A stretch of DNA of 64,000 bases from Chiloscyllium plagiosum (taxonomy: Eukaryota): contig NC_057718.1 of NCBI RefSeq assembly GCF_004010195.1, positions 94,473,205-94,537,204 of the forward strand, in the 5' to 3' direction. The translations under genes and the position numbers were made by a program. Shown piece by piece: positions 9,470-22,920 of the stretch; positions within the stretch are counted from its first letter, which is position 1; each line of letters begins with the position of its first letter. Below the pieces are notes generated by a model. The model searched no databases and was not told where the DNA came from. It saw only the letters and a list, made by a program, of their open reading frames with translations.

Positions 9470-12400
9470 TGTATAGATGGACTGGGCAATTCAGGTTGGT
9501 AGTAGATCTCAAGAAAAGGAATTCATGGAATGTCTATGGGATGGTTTTTTGGAGTAATTTGTGGTAGATCCCATTACAGAAGAGGCATTTCTGGATTGGT
9601 GATGGGTCATAAGGCAGACTTAATTAGTGAGTTTAAGGTGAAGGGACCTCTAGGAGGCAGCGATGGAATTCATCGTGCACTGTGAGAGGAAGAAACTGAA
9701 TTAAGATGTAATAGTATTACAGTTCAGTAAAAGTAACAATGAAGACATGAGGAAGATGCTGGTTAAAGTAGATTGAAAAGGGAGCCAAGCAGGGAAAATA
9801 GTGGAGCCACAATGGAAGAAATTTCTGCAGGTAATTTGGGAGGAACCGCAGAAATACATCCCAAGGAAAAGCAACATACCAAGGGGAAGATAAGGCAATC
9901 ATGACTAATAAGAGAAGTCAGAGACAGCATAAAAACAAAGGAAAAGCATGCAAATTGATGAAGATTAGTAGGAAGCCAGTGGATTGAGAAGCCTATAAAC
10001 ACCAACAGAGGATAATTAAAAAAGCGAAATGAGTGGAAAAAATGAAACATGAGATTAAGCTAGCTAGTAATATAAATGAAGATTGGAAGAGTTTTCTTAG
10101 ATATCTAAAAGGTAAGAAAAAGGCAAGAGTAGGTATTGAACCACTGGAAACTGAGGCTGGATAAGCAGCAATGGGGAACAAATAAAAGCTGAGGTACTGA
10201 ATAGGTACTTTGCATCTGTCTTCACAATGGAAGACACCAGTACCATACCAGAACTTCAAGAAAGTGAGGGGGCAGAGGTGAGTGTTTTGACCATCACTAA
10301 AGAGACGATGCCTGGGAAGCTGAAAGATCCAAATGTGGATAAATCACCTGATCTGGATGGACTACACCCCAGAGTTCTGAAGGAGATAGCTGAGAAGATT
10401 GCAGAGGCATTGGTAGTGATCTTTCAGGGATCACTGAAGTCAGGGAAGATCCCAGAGTCTGAAAAATAGCTAGTGAAATATCTGTGTTTTAAATGGGAAG
10501 GAGGCAGAAGGCAGGAAATTATAGGCTGGTTAGCCTGACCTCAGCCATTGCTAAGGTTTTAGAGTCTATTATTAAGGATGATACTGCAGAGTACTTGAAA
10601 GTGCTTTGTAAAATAGGGCTGAGTCAGCATGACTTTGTCAAGGGAGGTTGAACCTGTCAAATCTATTAGATTTCTTTGAGGTGGTTAACAAGCACTTTAG
10701 ACAAAGGAGAACCAGTGGACTTGATCTATTTGGATTTTCAGAAGGCTTTTGACAAGGTGCTGTACAGGAGCCCATGGTATTGCGGAAGTTTCTGGCATGG
10801 ATAAAGGATTGGCAGGAGACAGAGAGTGGGGATAAAGGGGTCTTTTTCAGTATGGTAGCCAGTGACTGGAGTTTGGAGGAGGTCAGTGTTGGGGCAACAA
10901 TTATTCACATTATACATTAACGATCTGAAGAAGGGAACTGAGGGTATTGTTGCTTTGTTTGTTGATGACACAAAAGGTAGGTGGATGGACAGATAGTGTT
11001 GAGGAAGCAGGAAAGCTACAGAAGGACTTGGACAGGTCAGGAGAGTGGGCAAAGAAGTGGCAGGTAGAATACAATGTGGGAATGTGTGAGGTCATGCATT
11101 TTGGTAGGAGAATACAAGCATAGCCTATTTTCCAATTGATATAATGCTTGGAAATTTGAAGCAAAAAGGGACTTGAGGGTTCTAGTTCAGGATTCTCTTA
11201 AGGTTAACATTCTGGTTCAGTTGGTAGTTAGGAAGGTTAATTTCAAGAAGGCTTGAATACAAGGGCAAAGATATACTCATGAGGCTGTATGAGGCTCTGG
11301 TCAGACTGCATTTGGAATATTCTGAGCAGTTTTGGGTCCCATCTCGAAGGAAGAATGCTCTTGCATTGGAAAGAGTCCTCTGGAGGCTTACAAGAATGAT
11401 CCTGGTGATGAAGGGCTTGTCATTGAGGAGCAGTTGAAGACTCTGGGTCTGTATTTGATAGAGTTTAGAAGAATGAGGGGGCATCTTATTGAAACTTACA
11501 GAATATTGAGAGCCCTGGATAAATGGATGTGGAGAAGATCTTGCCACTATTACAAGACCTAGAACCCGAGGTCACAACCTCTTAGTGAAGGACCAGTCCT
11601 TTAGAACTGAGATGAGAAGGAATTTCTTCAGCCAGAGGATGGTTAATCTGTGGAACTGATTGCTGCAGAAGGCTGTGGAGGCCAGGTCATTGAGTGTCTT
11701 TAAGAAAGAGATAGATAGGTTCTTGATTATTAAGGGGATTAAGGATTATTGGATGGGGGGAGGCAGGAGTTGAGAAACATGTTAGTCACGAGCTGAACAG
11801 CCTAATTCTGCTCTGTAACTTATGGTATTGCTGAATAAAGATTACTGATTAGAATTCCCAGCTGAAATTCTTAAAATCCTTCTGACATTAAAATGCTTCA
11901 CATGCATGACGATGTGCCAGTGGAGTTGTTGGAATTTTCAGAGGCTGAGAATGGTCATGTTTTTATAACAGCAGTTCCCATGGAAGAATGAAGAAAACTC
12001 TGGCTGCGTGAACTATAAATTTAACAGGGGATAAGCTAATTCACCAGAGCCAAGTTTATCAAAACGCCAGTCAGGCAAGTCTGCTGTAAAAGCTGCTTCT
12101 GATGAAATCTCTTGGAATCAATAACATTATCAAGTGAGCTATAAAAATAAGCTGTGAACATCCTCCACCTTGGAACTGCAAGCAGAGTGAAGATTTTACG
12201 TATCATAATGATCTATTACCAATGGTAAAAATGTCCAGGAATGTGAAATGAGAGCTCAACATTTAATTTAACATCTATAATTTGGTTGGCAACTCTGCTA
12301 TGCAAATGTTGATGATATCAATTTGTAGGACAAGCTATGATTTGAGCAATTAAAATTAAAATTTGAGCTGAATGCTTCTATATTGCTGCAGTATGCTCCT

Positions 12401-12499
12401 CTTTATTAAGGAATCATCTAGGATCAATTCATTTCTCTGACAAATATCTGGCAATATCCCAAATGTCAGACGTGTATCACCATGACAGCTAATGTGTCC

Positions 12500-12725
12500 A
12501 TTGAACCATTGAATCCCTACAGCGTGGAAGCATTGCCCAATGAGTCCACACCGATCCTCCAAAGAGTATCCCAGATCTATTGCAACCTACCGTATCCTTG
12601 TAATCCTGCATTTCCCATGGCTACTCCACCTAGCCTGCACATCCCTGGACATTACAGAAAATTTACCACAGACAGTCCACCTAATCTGCACATCTTTGGA
12701 CTATGGGAGGAAACACATGTAGACA
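12500..12725 (-). mobile_element. HE1-like SINE, 5'-truncated
   Basis: GAATCCCTACAG tail and CCACCTAATCTGCACATCTTTGGACT core. Confidence 0.8.
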
Positions 12726-12890
12726 TTCAGTGAAAAGTTCTCCTATAAACTCATCAATTTGTACAATTGAGAAAAGGTGAGAAAAACAACGAAAAGGAGA
12801 AGAGGAATGAATAGCCAACCCTTGCATCGCAAACATGATCAATATAATGACAAAAGCCAGTTCAGACATAATGGACTGAATGGCTGCCTT

Positions 12891-13210
12891 CATAGATTCC
12901 CTACAGTGTGGGAACAGGCCATTTGGCCCATCAAGCCCACACCAACCCTCCAAAGAGTATCCTACCCAGACCCATTCTGCTATCCTATTACTTTATATTT
13001 CCCCTGACTAATGCACCTAACGTTCACATCTCTGAACACTATGGGCAATTTAGAATGGCCAATTCACCCAACCTGTACATCTTTGGGCTGTAGGAGGAAA
13101 CCAGAGCACCCAGAGGAAACCTCTGCAGAGAATATGCAAACTCCACTCAGACAGTTGCTCAACCCTGGAATTGAACCCAGGTCCCTAGCACTGTGAGCTA
13201 CCGTGCCACC
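12891..13210 (-). mobile_element. HE1-like SINE
   Basis: ATTCCCTACAGTGTGG tail, core, and B box GGTTCAATTCC on the minus strand. Confidence 0.88.
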
Positions 13211-13914
13211 TGCTAGACAGTGACTATTCTGTGATTGAAACAATATTGTTCAAATGCTTTAAGTTTGATATGCATATATTATCCAGTAGACCGATGACGC
13301 GGTGTTAATGAATAATAACAAATTCACTGAATATAATCAAGCTAGATATCAACAACTAAAGACTACTGAAGTAACAAACAAAAGACACAACTGTTATTGT
13401 TTCCTGAAAGACCAGGTAGATTTTAAATTGAATTCAAAACTCAGCTTGTAGATTGGAGCTTTCCCTTTTTGAAACAAAACTGTTCAAGTGTTCATGTTGG
13501 TCAAAGGTCCTGACTAACTGTCTGTATGAACTATTGAAACCAGGATAGATATCACTGACCAACTGTCCAAAGCTCATGTTTCCACATGTGCTGAAATCCT
13601 GGGTTGCCTATAATGTAACCGACACATCTTTTACATCAGTCCACAACAAGAACACCCTTCATCTGATCACTTCAATTACTTAAAAAACATGGACCTTGAA
13701 AAACTCATTTTGTACTCCTTAATTAAAAGCTATTGTTAATGCTCAATTTGTAAATGATGTGGTATGTGGTTAACTTAATTGGTCTTTTCCATCTTTGTAA
13801 ATTAACTTAAGCATAAGACAATGGGAGGAGGCTCTTGTGGCATAGTGATACTGTCCTTATCTCTGAGCCAGGGGACCCTGATTCAAGTGTCACTTGCTCC
13901 AGAGATGTATGGCA

Positions 13915-14682
13915 ATGTAAACTTCAGAACTTTAATAACTTCATGAATTGAAAGAATCAGAAATAACTCTGTCTGGAATAAACTATTTCTTGAGATGAAA
14001 GGGGCAAGGAGAAGCTGTTTTAAAGGAATTTAAAGCAACATGCTGATTAATCATCCCTGGGATGAAGCAACATACACAAGTTGTTTCCTGGGACAGAGAA
14101 GGTAACACAACCTGATAACCTGCTGCCTCGTGATAAATGGACAATTCAGTCTGCCTGCAGAAGGAATGTCTTAAAGTAAAGGGTTAGTTGCAGGAAAAGC
14201 TGTGTTTCAAATAGAAAACGAACATAATGTAACAAGGAATAGGGGACCTACTTCTGATAAGAAGGCAGACAACAGAATTGAGGTCTCCAAAAGTGTTATC
14301 ATATTGGGGATGAAAGAATGTGTTGAGTCATCCATAATGTCACACCACACACTTGAAAGAGAGACAATTGTATAAGAATCCAACACCAGAACTCTCCCTC
14401 AACAGGACTTTGAAGAACAACATCCCTCAAGGATCGAATGCTGGATACTTCCAGAGACAGACATTTGGAATCCTGGCAGATTCATCATTAATCAGATAAT
14501 AGCCAAGTTGAGTTGAGGGGCTTTATTTTGATTGTTACATGCAATGATGTTTAAATCATTGTTTCCCTACTTGATTGCCTGTGAGATTTGTTAATAAGTA
14601 GCTGAATTAAAGGTGATTTACCCACAATAGGTGTATTTTAACATTCCAAACAATTTGATTGGAGAATGTCCTGAGACGGGAC
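13915..14682 (+). mobile_element. Possible solo LTR following a tRNA-like SINE head (13822-13914)
   Basis: TGT...ACA ends, TATA-like GTATAAGAA (~14370) and ATTAAA (~14606); no convincing TSD. Confidence 0.3.
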
Positions 14683-15526
14683 ATTTTAGACTGGCTGCAT
14701 TACCTCTTTGAATATTCATTTGTATGTCTGTAGCTTTAAGACACCAGAACAGTTTTAGCTAATAGGATTTGGGGGTGAATCTTGTCTCTCCCATTTCCAC
14801 TGCCTATTTCTCACAGCATTTTAAAGATATTGCTAATTAATACAAGGAAATTAGCAGAAAGAATAGAAGAAATACAACCTTATTCACTCTAATGAACCAT
14901 ACTCACAGCTAGAGTTTGCCAGTATTTTGAGATTGTTAAATATGGAATAATTAAAATGGCTCTTGTGTTATTCACAAAATGACACCTTGGCCTTGTTAAA
15001 CTGTAAAAAGTCATTAAAAATACCAGATGAACTAAATCTTAAACTAGAATCTAAAGTCCAGGATTATTTACAATCTCTCTACCCTTAACGTTGAGACTAA
15101 CATATGTTGGCAATATTTTGATCCTTTGTGATTTAACTATTTCTTTCCAGCTTAAAATAAAAATTTTCCAATTTAAGTCGGAAATTTTATGCACAGCTTT
15201 CAGTCTTTTATTCATACAAATGAAAACCACAAAAAGAAGAATTAAAATATGCACTCAGGTTACAACCAATGTGTGGAGTATTAGTCTTGTCCAAGAAGGT
15301 ATTTCAGTATCAAGCCAAGAGTCCCACCAATGTTGCCTTGTCTCAAAATAAGCAGCTCTTTTGTGATGTTTATATTCCTTCTTGCATTGCATGAAAAAAA
15401 TGGAGGAATTCGTCCTTTCTGTCAATTCAGTGAAGTGATCAAGTAAGGGAGGAATATAATGTCCAAATCTAGTAATATCCTCAGGCAATTACTCTTTCAC
15501 ATCACCCCTGGCTGAGAAGTTGATTC

Positions 15527-15656
15527 ACTAGGAGAAAGTGAGGACTACGGATGCTGGAGACCAGAGTCTGAAGAAGGGCTTATGACCAAAACGTCAATTC
15601 TCCTGCTCCTCGATGCTGCCTGGCCTGCTGCGCTTTTCCAGCACCACACTTTTCGA
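15527..15656. mobile_element. Mini Penelope-like insert with inverted tail
   Basis: 15-bp TSD CTGAGAAGTTGATTC at 15512-15526 and 15657-15671; decayed hammerhead CTGAAGA...AAAACGTC at ~15568-15595. Confidence 0.83.
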
Positions 15657-16233
15657 CTGAGAAGTTGATTCGTCAGTGATTATTCATATTCTGATTCTAT
15701 CCGTACTAGTGAAGTAAGGTCAAGCAAAAGATATCTTCATGAATGGGGCAAGCCAAATTTCACAAATTGATATACTTTAAGGGTGATCAGGACATAATGT
15801 TCTCCTTTCTCTTCTGGGCAATCCAAGATGGAGGATGGGAAAAATTTGTGACTGTAAGAGTTGTTCTTTTGTTGAGGTATGTTGGTGTTTTTCTCAAATT
15901 CCAGGAGCAGCAATTACTGTTTTATAAGCTGTTGCATTGTTTTTGAATTTTGGGTGGAAAAAGTCAAAACAACAGCACTTTTAAAAGTGGGAAAGATAGA
16001 CAAAGGCAGCAAGCACATGGTCAGTGAGGGAGAGAGATAAAGAAACCTACACTGCTAACTGACACAGCAGTGAATCTGCCCAGTTACTGCCTTTAGTGTT
16101 GAGTTCACTTATCTCTGAACATTGGAGTGCATCTTGGAAAAATGAACAGACATCAACATTCACAGCTGACCTCGGAGGAACTTGTGTGGGAGAGTTCACA
16201 GCACAGGAACAGGTAAGTGCATAGTTATCAGCG

Positions 16234-16628
16234 GGGTAAAAACAATGACTGCAGATGCTGGAAACCAGATTCTGGATTAGTGGTGCTGGAAGAGCACAGC
16301 AGTTCAGGTAGCATCCAAGGAACAGCGAAATCGACGTTTCGGCAAAAGCCCTTCATCAGGAATAAAGGCAGAGAGCCTGAAGCATGGAGAGATAAGCTAG
16401 AGGAGGGTGGGGGTGGGGAGAAAGTAGCATAGAGTACAATAGGTGAGTGGGGGAGGGGATGAAGGTGATAGGTCAAGGAGGAGAGGGTGGAGTGGATAGG
16501 TGGAAAAGGAGATAGGCAGGTAGGACAAGTCCGGACAGTGCTGAGCTGGAAGTTTGGAACTAGGGTGAGATGGGGGAAGGGTGGATGCTGCCTGAACTGT
16601 TGTGGTCTTCCAGCACCACTAATCCAGA
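16234..16628 (-). mobile_element. Penelope-like 3' end with short inverted arm, inserted in the CR1 5'UTR
   Basis: 15-bp TSD GCATAGTTATCAGCG at 16219-16233 and 16629-16643; 16582-16628 is an inverted copy of ~16270-16316. Confidence 0.88.
16330..16363 (-). ncRNA. Minimal hammerhead ribozyme motif, core intact
   Basis: Minus strand ATTC-CTGATGA-AG-GGC-TTTT-GCC-GAAAC-GTC-GATT. Confidence 0.72.
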
Positions 16629-19341
16629 GCATAGTTATCAGCGTCTAACCTTGCTGTAAGTCAATGCTAGTTAATAGAGTGGGATCTTTATTGATTATAT
16701 GTTATATTGAAATCTGTCTTTTCATTAAATTTCAAAAATATAAACCATAAGTATTAAGTTAGCCTGGAGTACTGTTTTTTAGAGCAAAAAAACTGAGCTA
16801 TTTTCTGGGTCTGAAGAATGTGAAGGAGCAAGATGGCCTTGAGTAGAGTGATATTTTCTTTCTGTCAACTGCAAGACTCTAGGGAGAGTTTCCATGTTAC
16901 TGATGATTATGTCCGCAGGAAGTGTATTTGGTTGTGAATACTATCATATTGCATGGATCGGTTGGACCGGCAATTACAGTCATTGAGAAATTTACACGAG
17001 CAAGGGGGTGTGATGCATGGCAGTTATAGGAAGGGAAAAAAACCACTGATGCAGTCAGGTTGGTGAGTTAACTCCAGGAAAGGTAGGAGGGGTAAGTGGG
17101 TAGTATAGGAGTCTTTTGTGACTAGCCCCATCTCAAACAAGTATGATGCTTTGGAAAATGGAGGGGGTGCTGGACTCTCAGGAATGTAGCAGGAACAGCA
17201 AAGTTTCTGGTATCAAGACAGGCTCTAATGTAATGAGGGGTAGGTCAGGTTCCAAGCGATCGATTGTGATAGGGGACTCTCTAGTCAGAGGCACGGACAG
17301 ACGTTTCTGCGGCCAGTAGCAAAAAATTAGAATGGTGTGTTGCCTCCCTGGTGCCAGGATCAAGGATATCTTGGGGAGGGTGCAGAATGTTCTCAAGGGG
17401 GAGGGAGGCCATTGTACACATTGGAACCAATGACATAGGAAGGGAAAAGGATGAGATTCTGAAGGGGAATACAGGAAGTTAGGCAGGAATTTCAAAAGGA
17501 GGTCCTCAAGGGTAGTAATATCTGGATTACTCTCAATGCTACGAGCTAGTGAGGGTAGGAATCAGAGGATAGAGCAGATGAATGTGTGGCTGAGGAGCTG
17601 GTGCAGGGGAGAAGGAGTTACATTTTTGGATCATTGGAATCTCTTCTGGGTGGAAGTGACCTGTACAAGAAGGATGGATTGCACTTGAATTGGAAGGGGA
17701 GTAATATATGAGCAGGGAGACTTGCTAGAGCTACTTGAGAGGATTTAAACTACTAAGGTGGGGGGGGGGGGGGGGGTTGGACCCAGGGAAATAGGGGGGT
17801 GGGACCCAGGGAAATAGTGAGGAAAGAGATCAATCTGAGACTGGTACAGTTGGGAAAAGGAGTAAGGCAAGCAGGAACAAAGCAGAGAACAAGGTAGGAT
17901 TGATAAATTAAACTGCAATTACTTCAATGCAAGAGGCCTAATAGGGAAGGCAGATGAACTCAGGGCATGGTTAGGAACATGGGACTGGGATATCATAGCA
18001 ATTTCAGAAACATGGCTCAGGGATGGACAGGACTGGCAGCTTAATGTTCCAGGATACAAACACTATAGGAAGGATAGAAAGGGAGGCAAGAGAGGAGGGG
18101 GAGTGGCATTTTTGATAAGGGATAGCATTACATCTGTACTCAGGGAGGATATTCCTCGGAATACATCCAGGGAAGTTATTTGGGTGGAACTGAGAAATAA
18201 GAAAGGGTGATCACATTATTGTGATTGATTTATAGGCCCTCTAATAGTCAGCAGGAAATTGAGAAACAAATTTGTAAGGATATTTCAGTTACCTGTAAGA
18301 ATAATAGGGTGGTTTTGGCAGGGGATTTTAACTTTCCAAACATAGACTAGGACTATTATAGTTTTCAGAGTTTAGATGGGCAGGAATTTATTAAGTGTGT
18401 ACAGGAACATTTTCTGATTCAGTATGTGGATGTACCTACTGGAAAAGGTGCAAAACTTGACCTACTTTTAGGAAATAAGGCAGGGCAGGTAACTGAGGTG
18501 TCAGTGGGAGTACCCTTTGGTGTCAGTGAACATAATTTCATTAGTTTTAAAATAGTAATGGAAAAGGGTAGACCAGATCTAAAAGATGAAGGTCTTAATT
18601 GGAAGAAGACTAATTTTGACAGTATTAGGCAAGAACTTTCAAAAGCTGATTGGGGACATAGGAAGCCTTCAGAAATGAGAAAACGAGAGTCCAGAGGGTG
18701 AAAGGAAAGGCCGGTGGGTATAGGGAATGCTGAATGACAAGAGGTTTTAGTTAAGAAAAAGAAGGAAGCATATGTCAAGTATGGACAGGAGAGATCGAGA
18801 GAATCCCCAGGACCTGATCAGTTGTGCCATAGAACTCTGGGGGAAGCTAAGGAAGTGATTGCTAGGCCTCTTGCTGAGATATTTGTATCATCGATAGTAA
18901 CAGGTGAGGTGCCGGAAGACTGGAAGTTGGCTAACGTGGTAAGAGAGGTGATAAGGAAAGGCCAGAGAACGACAGACTGGTAAGCCTAACATCGGTGGTG
19001 GGCAAGTTGTTGGAGGGAATCCTGAGAGACAGGAGTTACATATATTTGGGAAGACAAGGACTGATGAGGGATATTCAGCATGGCTTTGTGCATGGGAAGT
19101 CATGTCTCATGAACTTGATTGAGTTTTTGAAGAAGTAATAAAGAGGATTGATGAGGGCAGAGCAGTGGATGTGATCTATATGGACTTCAGTAAGGCGTTT
19201 GACAAGGTTCCTCATGGGACACTGGTTAGCAAGGTTAGATTTCATGGAATACAGGAAGAACGAGCCATTTGGATACAGAATTGGCTCAAAGGTAGAAGAC
19301 AGAGGGTGGTGGTGGAGGGTTGTTTTTCAGACTGAAGGCCT

Positions 19342-20280
19342 GTGACCAGTGGAGTGCCACAAGGATTGGTGCTGGGTCCACTGCTTTTTGTCACTTATAT
19401 AAATGATTTGGATGTGAACATAGAAGGTGTAGTTAGTAAGTTTGCAGATGACACCAAACTTGGAGGTGTAGTGGACAGCAAAGAAGGTTACCACCGATTG
19501 CAACAGCATTTTGATCAGATGGGCCAGTGGGCTGAGGAGTGGCAGATGGAGTTTAATTTAGATAAATGTCAGGTGCTGCATTTTGGAAAAGCAAATCAGA
19601 GCAGGACTTATATACTTAATAGCAAGGTCCTAGGGAGTGCTGCTGAACAAAGAGGTCTTGGAGTGCAGGTTCATAGCTCCTTGAAAGTAGAACCACAAGT
19701 AGATAGGATAGTGAAGAAGGCGTTTGGTATGCTTTCCTTTATTGGACAGAACATTGGTTATTGGAATTGGGAGATCATATTGCAGCTCTACAGGACATTG
19801 GTTTGGCCAGTTTTGGAATATTGCATGCAATTCTGGTCTCTTTCCTATCAGCAGGATGGTGTAAAACTTGAAAGGGTTCAGAAAAGATTTATAAGGATGT
19901 TGCCAGGGTTGAAGGATTTGAGCTATATGGCGAGGCTAAATAGGCTGGGACTGTTTTCCCTGGAGTGTCGAAGGTTGAGGGGTGACCTTATAGAACTTTA
20001 TAAAATCATGAGGGGCATGGATAGGATAAATAGACAAGGTCCTTTCCCTGGGGTGGGTGAGTCCAGAACTAGCGAGCATAGGTTTAGGGTGAGAGGGGAA
20101 AGATATAAAAGGGACCTAAGGGGCACCTTTCTCACAAAAAGGGTTGTACGTGTATGGAATGAGCTGCCAGAGGAAGTGGTGAAGGCTGGTACAATTGCAG
20201 CATTTCGAAGGCATTTGGATGGGTATATGAATAGGAAGGGTTTAGAGGGATATGGGCCATATGCTGGCAAATGGGACTAG
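19342..20280 (+). pseudogene. CR1 ORF2 RT/C-terminal segment (312 aa open)
   Basis: SGVPQGLVLGPLLF, SKFADDTKLGG, LEYCMQFWS, RRLRGDLIELYKI, RVVRVWNELP. Confidence 0.9.
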
Positions 20281-21204
20281 ATTATTTTATGATATCTGGT
20301 TAGCATAGACGAGTTGGACCAAAGAGTCTGTTTCTGTGCTGTACAGCTCTATGACTCTATGACTCTCTCTCTCTCTATAAGCTGAGTATGCAGGAAATTC
20401 TTCTCTGACAAATACAATAATACAGTTACATCCTCATTGATGCCAGATAAAATCACGTGCTGGTTTTGTTCACTCAGTTCTGTCTGAAGAGCACACTGAA
20501 ATGTGATCCCTGTGGATACAGCCTTTGAAGCCGAAAGCTGCTTACATTGTTCCATTTATCTGGACCGGGTGGTTTGGATGGTGATGATACGGTCATGTGA
20601 CCTTTCCTCTCACTTCCACCATTCTCAGTCCTAAATCAGGAACTAGCGCTTTCACTTTTTCACAACATCACTTCAATCACATCTCTTCGATGGCACCCAA
20701 ACTTTCTGAGCTATATTTATGGAAGAGGTCAGTGGTGCAAGTGTTTTTTTAAATTCAGTAGAGGATGTGGGCTTTGTTGGCTGGGCCGGAATTTATTGCT
20801 CATCCATAACTGCCCTAGGGGCAGACACCTTGTTAACATGCCCCTTGCTTGAGGTGAAGTGACAATTAAAGAGTTGTCTGTAAAGGATAATGCTAATGCA
20901 CAACCTCCTGAGGTTTACAGGGGCACAGAGCTGACTCCCTCTCAGCTTGAACCCCATGTATACAGCAAGATGTTGTTATATGGAATGCTGCCTTTCATGG
21001 GTGATGTGGGGATGGGAGGAGATGGGTTCAGCATTCATACAGCATGTACACTTTCCTACTGTCACTTTGCCACATGACCACTGCGGCGTTCATCCAAACA
21101 AGGTCCAATCTCAAAGTTCCAAGATGAGTTATTCCATGGTGCTCCTAGTCGGAATGTCCCATGTCCCACCTGTATGGAGAAGGATGTTCAACTGTCATTT
21201 GTCT

Positions 21205-21990
21205 TAGAGTCATACAGTCCTATAGCACAGAGACAGGGCCTTTGGACCTAACTGGTCCATGCCGACCAAAATATGCATCAACGCTAACCCCATTTCCCTA
21301 CCCTTAGCCCATAGCCTTCTAATGCTTTCCGCTCCATGTATTTGTCCAAATGCCTTTTAAATATTGTTAATGTACCCTCCTCAACCATATGTACCACTGT
21401 CTGTGTAAAAACGTTGACCCTCAGGTTCCCTTTTATTCTTTCCCCTCTAACCTTAAGCTGATGCCCTCTAGTCCTCGATTCCCCAACCCTGGGAAAAATA
21501 TTGAGTGCATTCACCCTATCCACGCCTTTCATGACTTTCACTTCTGTCAGATCCCCCTCAGTCTCCTACACTCTAAAGAAAAAAAGTCCTAGCTTGTGCA
21601 TCCTCTCCCTATAACTCAGATCTTTGAGTCCTGGCAATATCCTTGTAAATTTCTTCTGCACTCTTTTCAGTTTTACAACATCCTTCCTGTAGTAAGGTGA
21701 CCAAAACTGAACACAATACTCCAAGTACAGCCTCACCAATGTCCTGTACAACTGCAACATAACTTCCCAACTTCTATACTCAATGCCCTGACTGATGAAG
21801 GCCAGTGTGCCAAAAGCCTTCTTCACTGTCCTATCTACCTGGGACTCCACTTTTAGACAACTGTGCACCTGAACGCCAAGGTCCCTCTGTTCCACTACAC
21901 TCCTTAATGCCCTACCATTCACCATGAAACTCCTACCTTGATTTGATTTTCCAAAATGCAAGATGCAAGCACTCACACTTATTTGTATGT
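21205..21990 (-). mobile_element. CR1 3' fragment
   Basis: ORFs 21566-21976 (QRDLGVQVH, LEYCVQFWSP) and 21284-21541 (ESRTRGHQLKVRG). Confidence 0.9.
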
Positions 21991-22249
21991 GATATGAATG
22001 CTAACTGCTCACATTGATGAGGAGCTGCTCTGTTTCTTATATCCCCCAGACAAGGTCATTACAAATATGACTAATGCATCCAGCCACAGCAGGGGACTGT
22101 CATCACTGTTGCTGCGATGGAACAAAGATCCGCATTCCTCTGCATCTATCAGCAATCCCAAGACCAGCAGCAACCTCCAGCAGCTGCTGTGTGGCTCCTA
22201 TATGAAGAGGTTACAGCTGACGGGCCCCTCAGGGTGCGGAGGAAGTCCA

Positions 22250-22920
22250 GGAGTTTTTATCCTCGATGCTATTTCCTCCAGATGAGTAAGTGCAGACTGA
22301 GGAAGTCCTAGGATACTGTCACTGAAAGATGCCAACTGCTGGAATGGGACCTATGACTTGAAGAAGTGGTCGCCATCCCATCCCAGTGGCTGTCAAGGTG
22401 ACCTCTGATTTCCCTATGATTAGGTCAGTGCTGCAGCCAAAGCTATACGAATTGGCTTCCCCACCCGTCCACCCCTACAGTCCAAGGTGCAATAGATTGT
22501 GTTGAGAGAGTCATATCATATTGCAGCTGTGTTCATCAATAGAAAACAGTGCCATTCCGTCAAATTACGAGTGATCTATGATCATCAGTTTCACTGCTGA
22601 GATATTTGTGCCTGATTTGCTACCATGACATTTATATCCTTGATGTTCCCCTTCAGGGTCCATATGCCTTACAAAACTGGTTCCTGGAGGACAAGGGCTA
22701 CACTCTGCAATCATGGTTTATGAGTCTATTAAGCAGCCCCCTGATTGAAGCTGAGTGTGGAAACACCTTCTCTGATAAGGGCCATGGTGGAGCTGATGAT
22801 ATGCTTCCTGAAGATGTGGCTCTGCTGCTTGGATTGGCCTGGGAGGATGCTTGCAATACAGACCGGACGGAGTGTGTTGTATAATTCTAGCATGCAGTGC
22901 TCTGCACAATTGGAACAGGC
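22250..22920 (+). pseudogene. PIF/Harbinger DDE transposase relic
   Basis: Ordered motifs PVAVKVT (~22383), GFP..VQGAIDC (22454-22500), FINRK..HS, HD.YIL, WFLEDKGYTL..WFM, VE...LKM..CLD, ALHN. Confidence 0.72.

Larger units (their letters stand above)
1950..11827 (+). mobile_element. Old near-full-length CR1 LINE (outer host of the nested stack; interrupted 3168-8925 and 9372-9469)
   Basis: ORF1 esterase remnants VVVIGDNTVR and LCFLPGARVQDI...HASTHDIG at 2690-2960; ORF2 resumes near 8960 (LYLNA), with RT-region motifs SPDLDGLHPRVLKE (~10345) and LDFQKAFDKV (~10730); tail ends ~11827. Heavily mutated; 5' boundary approximate. Confidence 0.8.
15815..20365 (+). mobile_element. Near-full-length CR1 LINE with internal deletions
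   Basis: Starts near CAAGATGG; ORF1 esterase motifs IVIGDSLVRG, HIGTND, DGLHLN; ORF2 YFNARGL (~17920); long RT/C-terminal ORF 19342-20280; (CTATGACT)n tail. Confidence 0.9.

Noticed and set aside
15255..15488. 77-aa minus-strand ORF as an exon
   Set aside because: No recognisable homology or convincing splice signals.
19342..20280. Functional or domesticated reverse transcriptase gene
   Set aside because: Upstream ORF2 has stops, frameshifts and deletions; the open stretch fits a moderately young copy.
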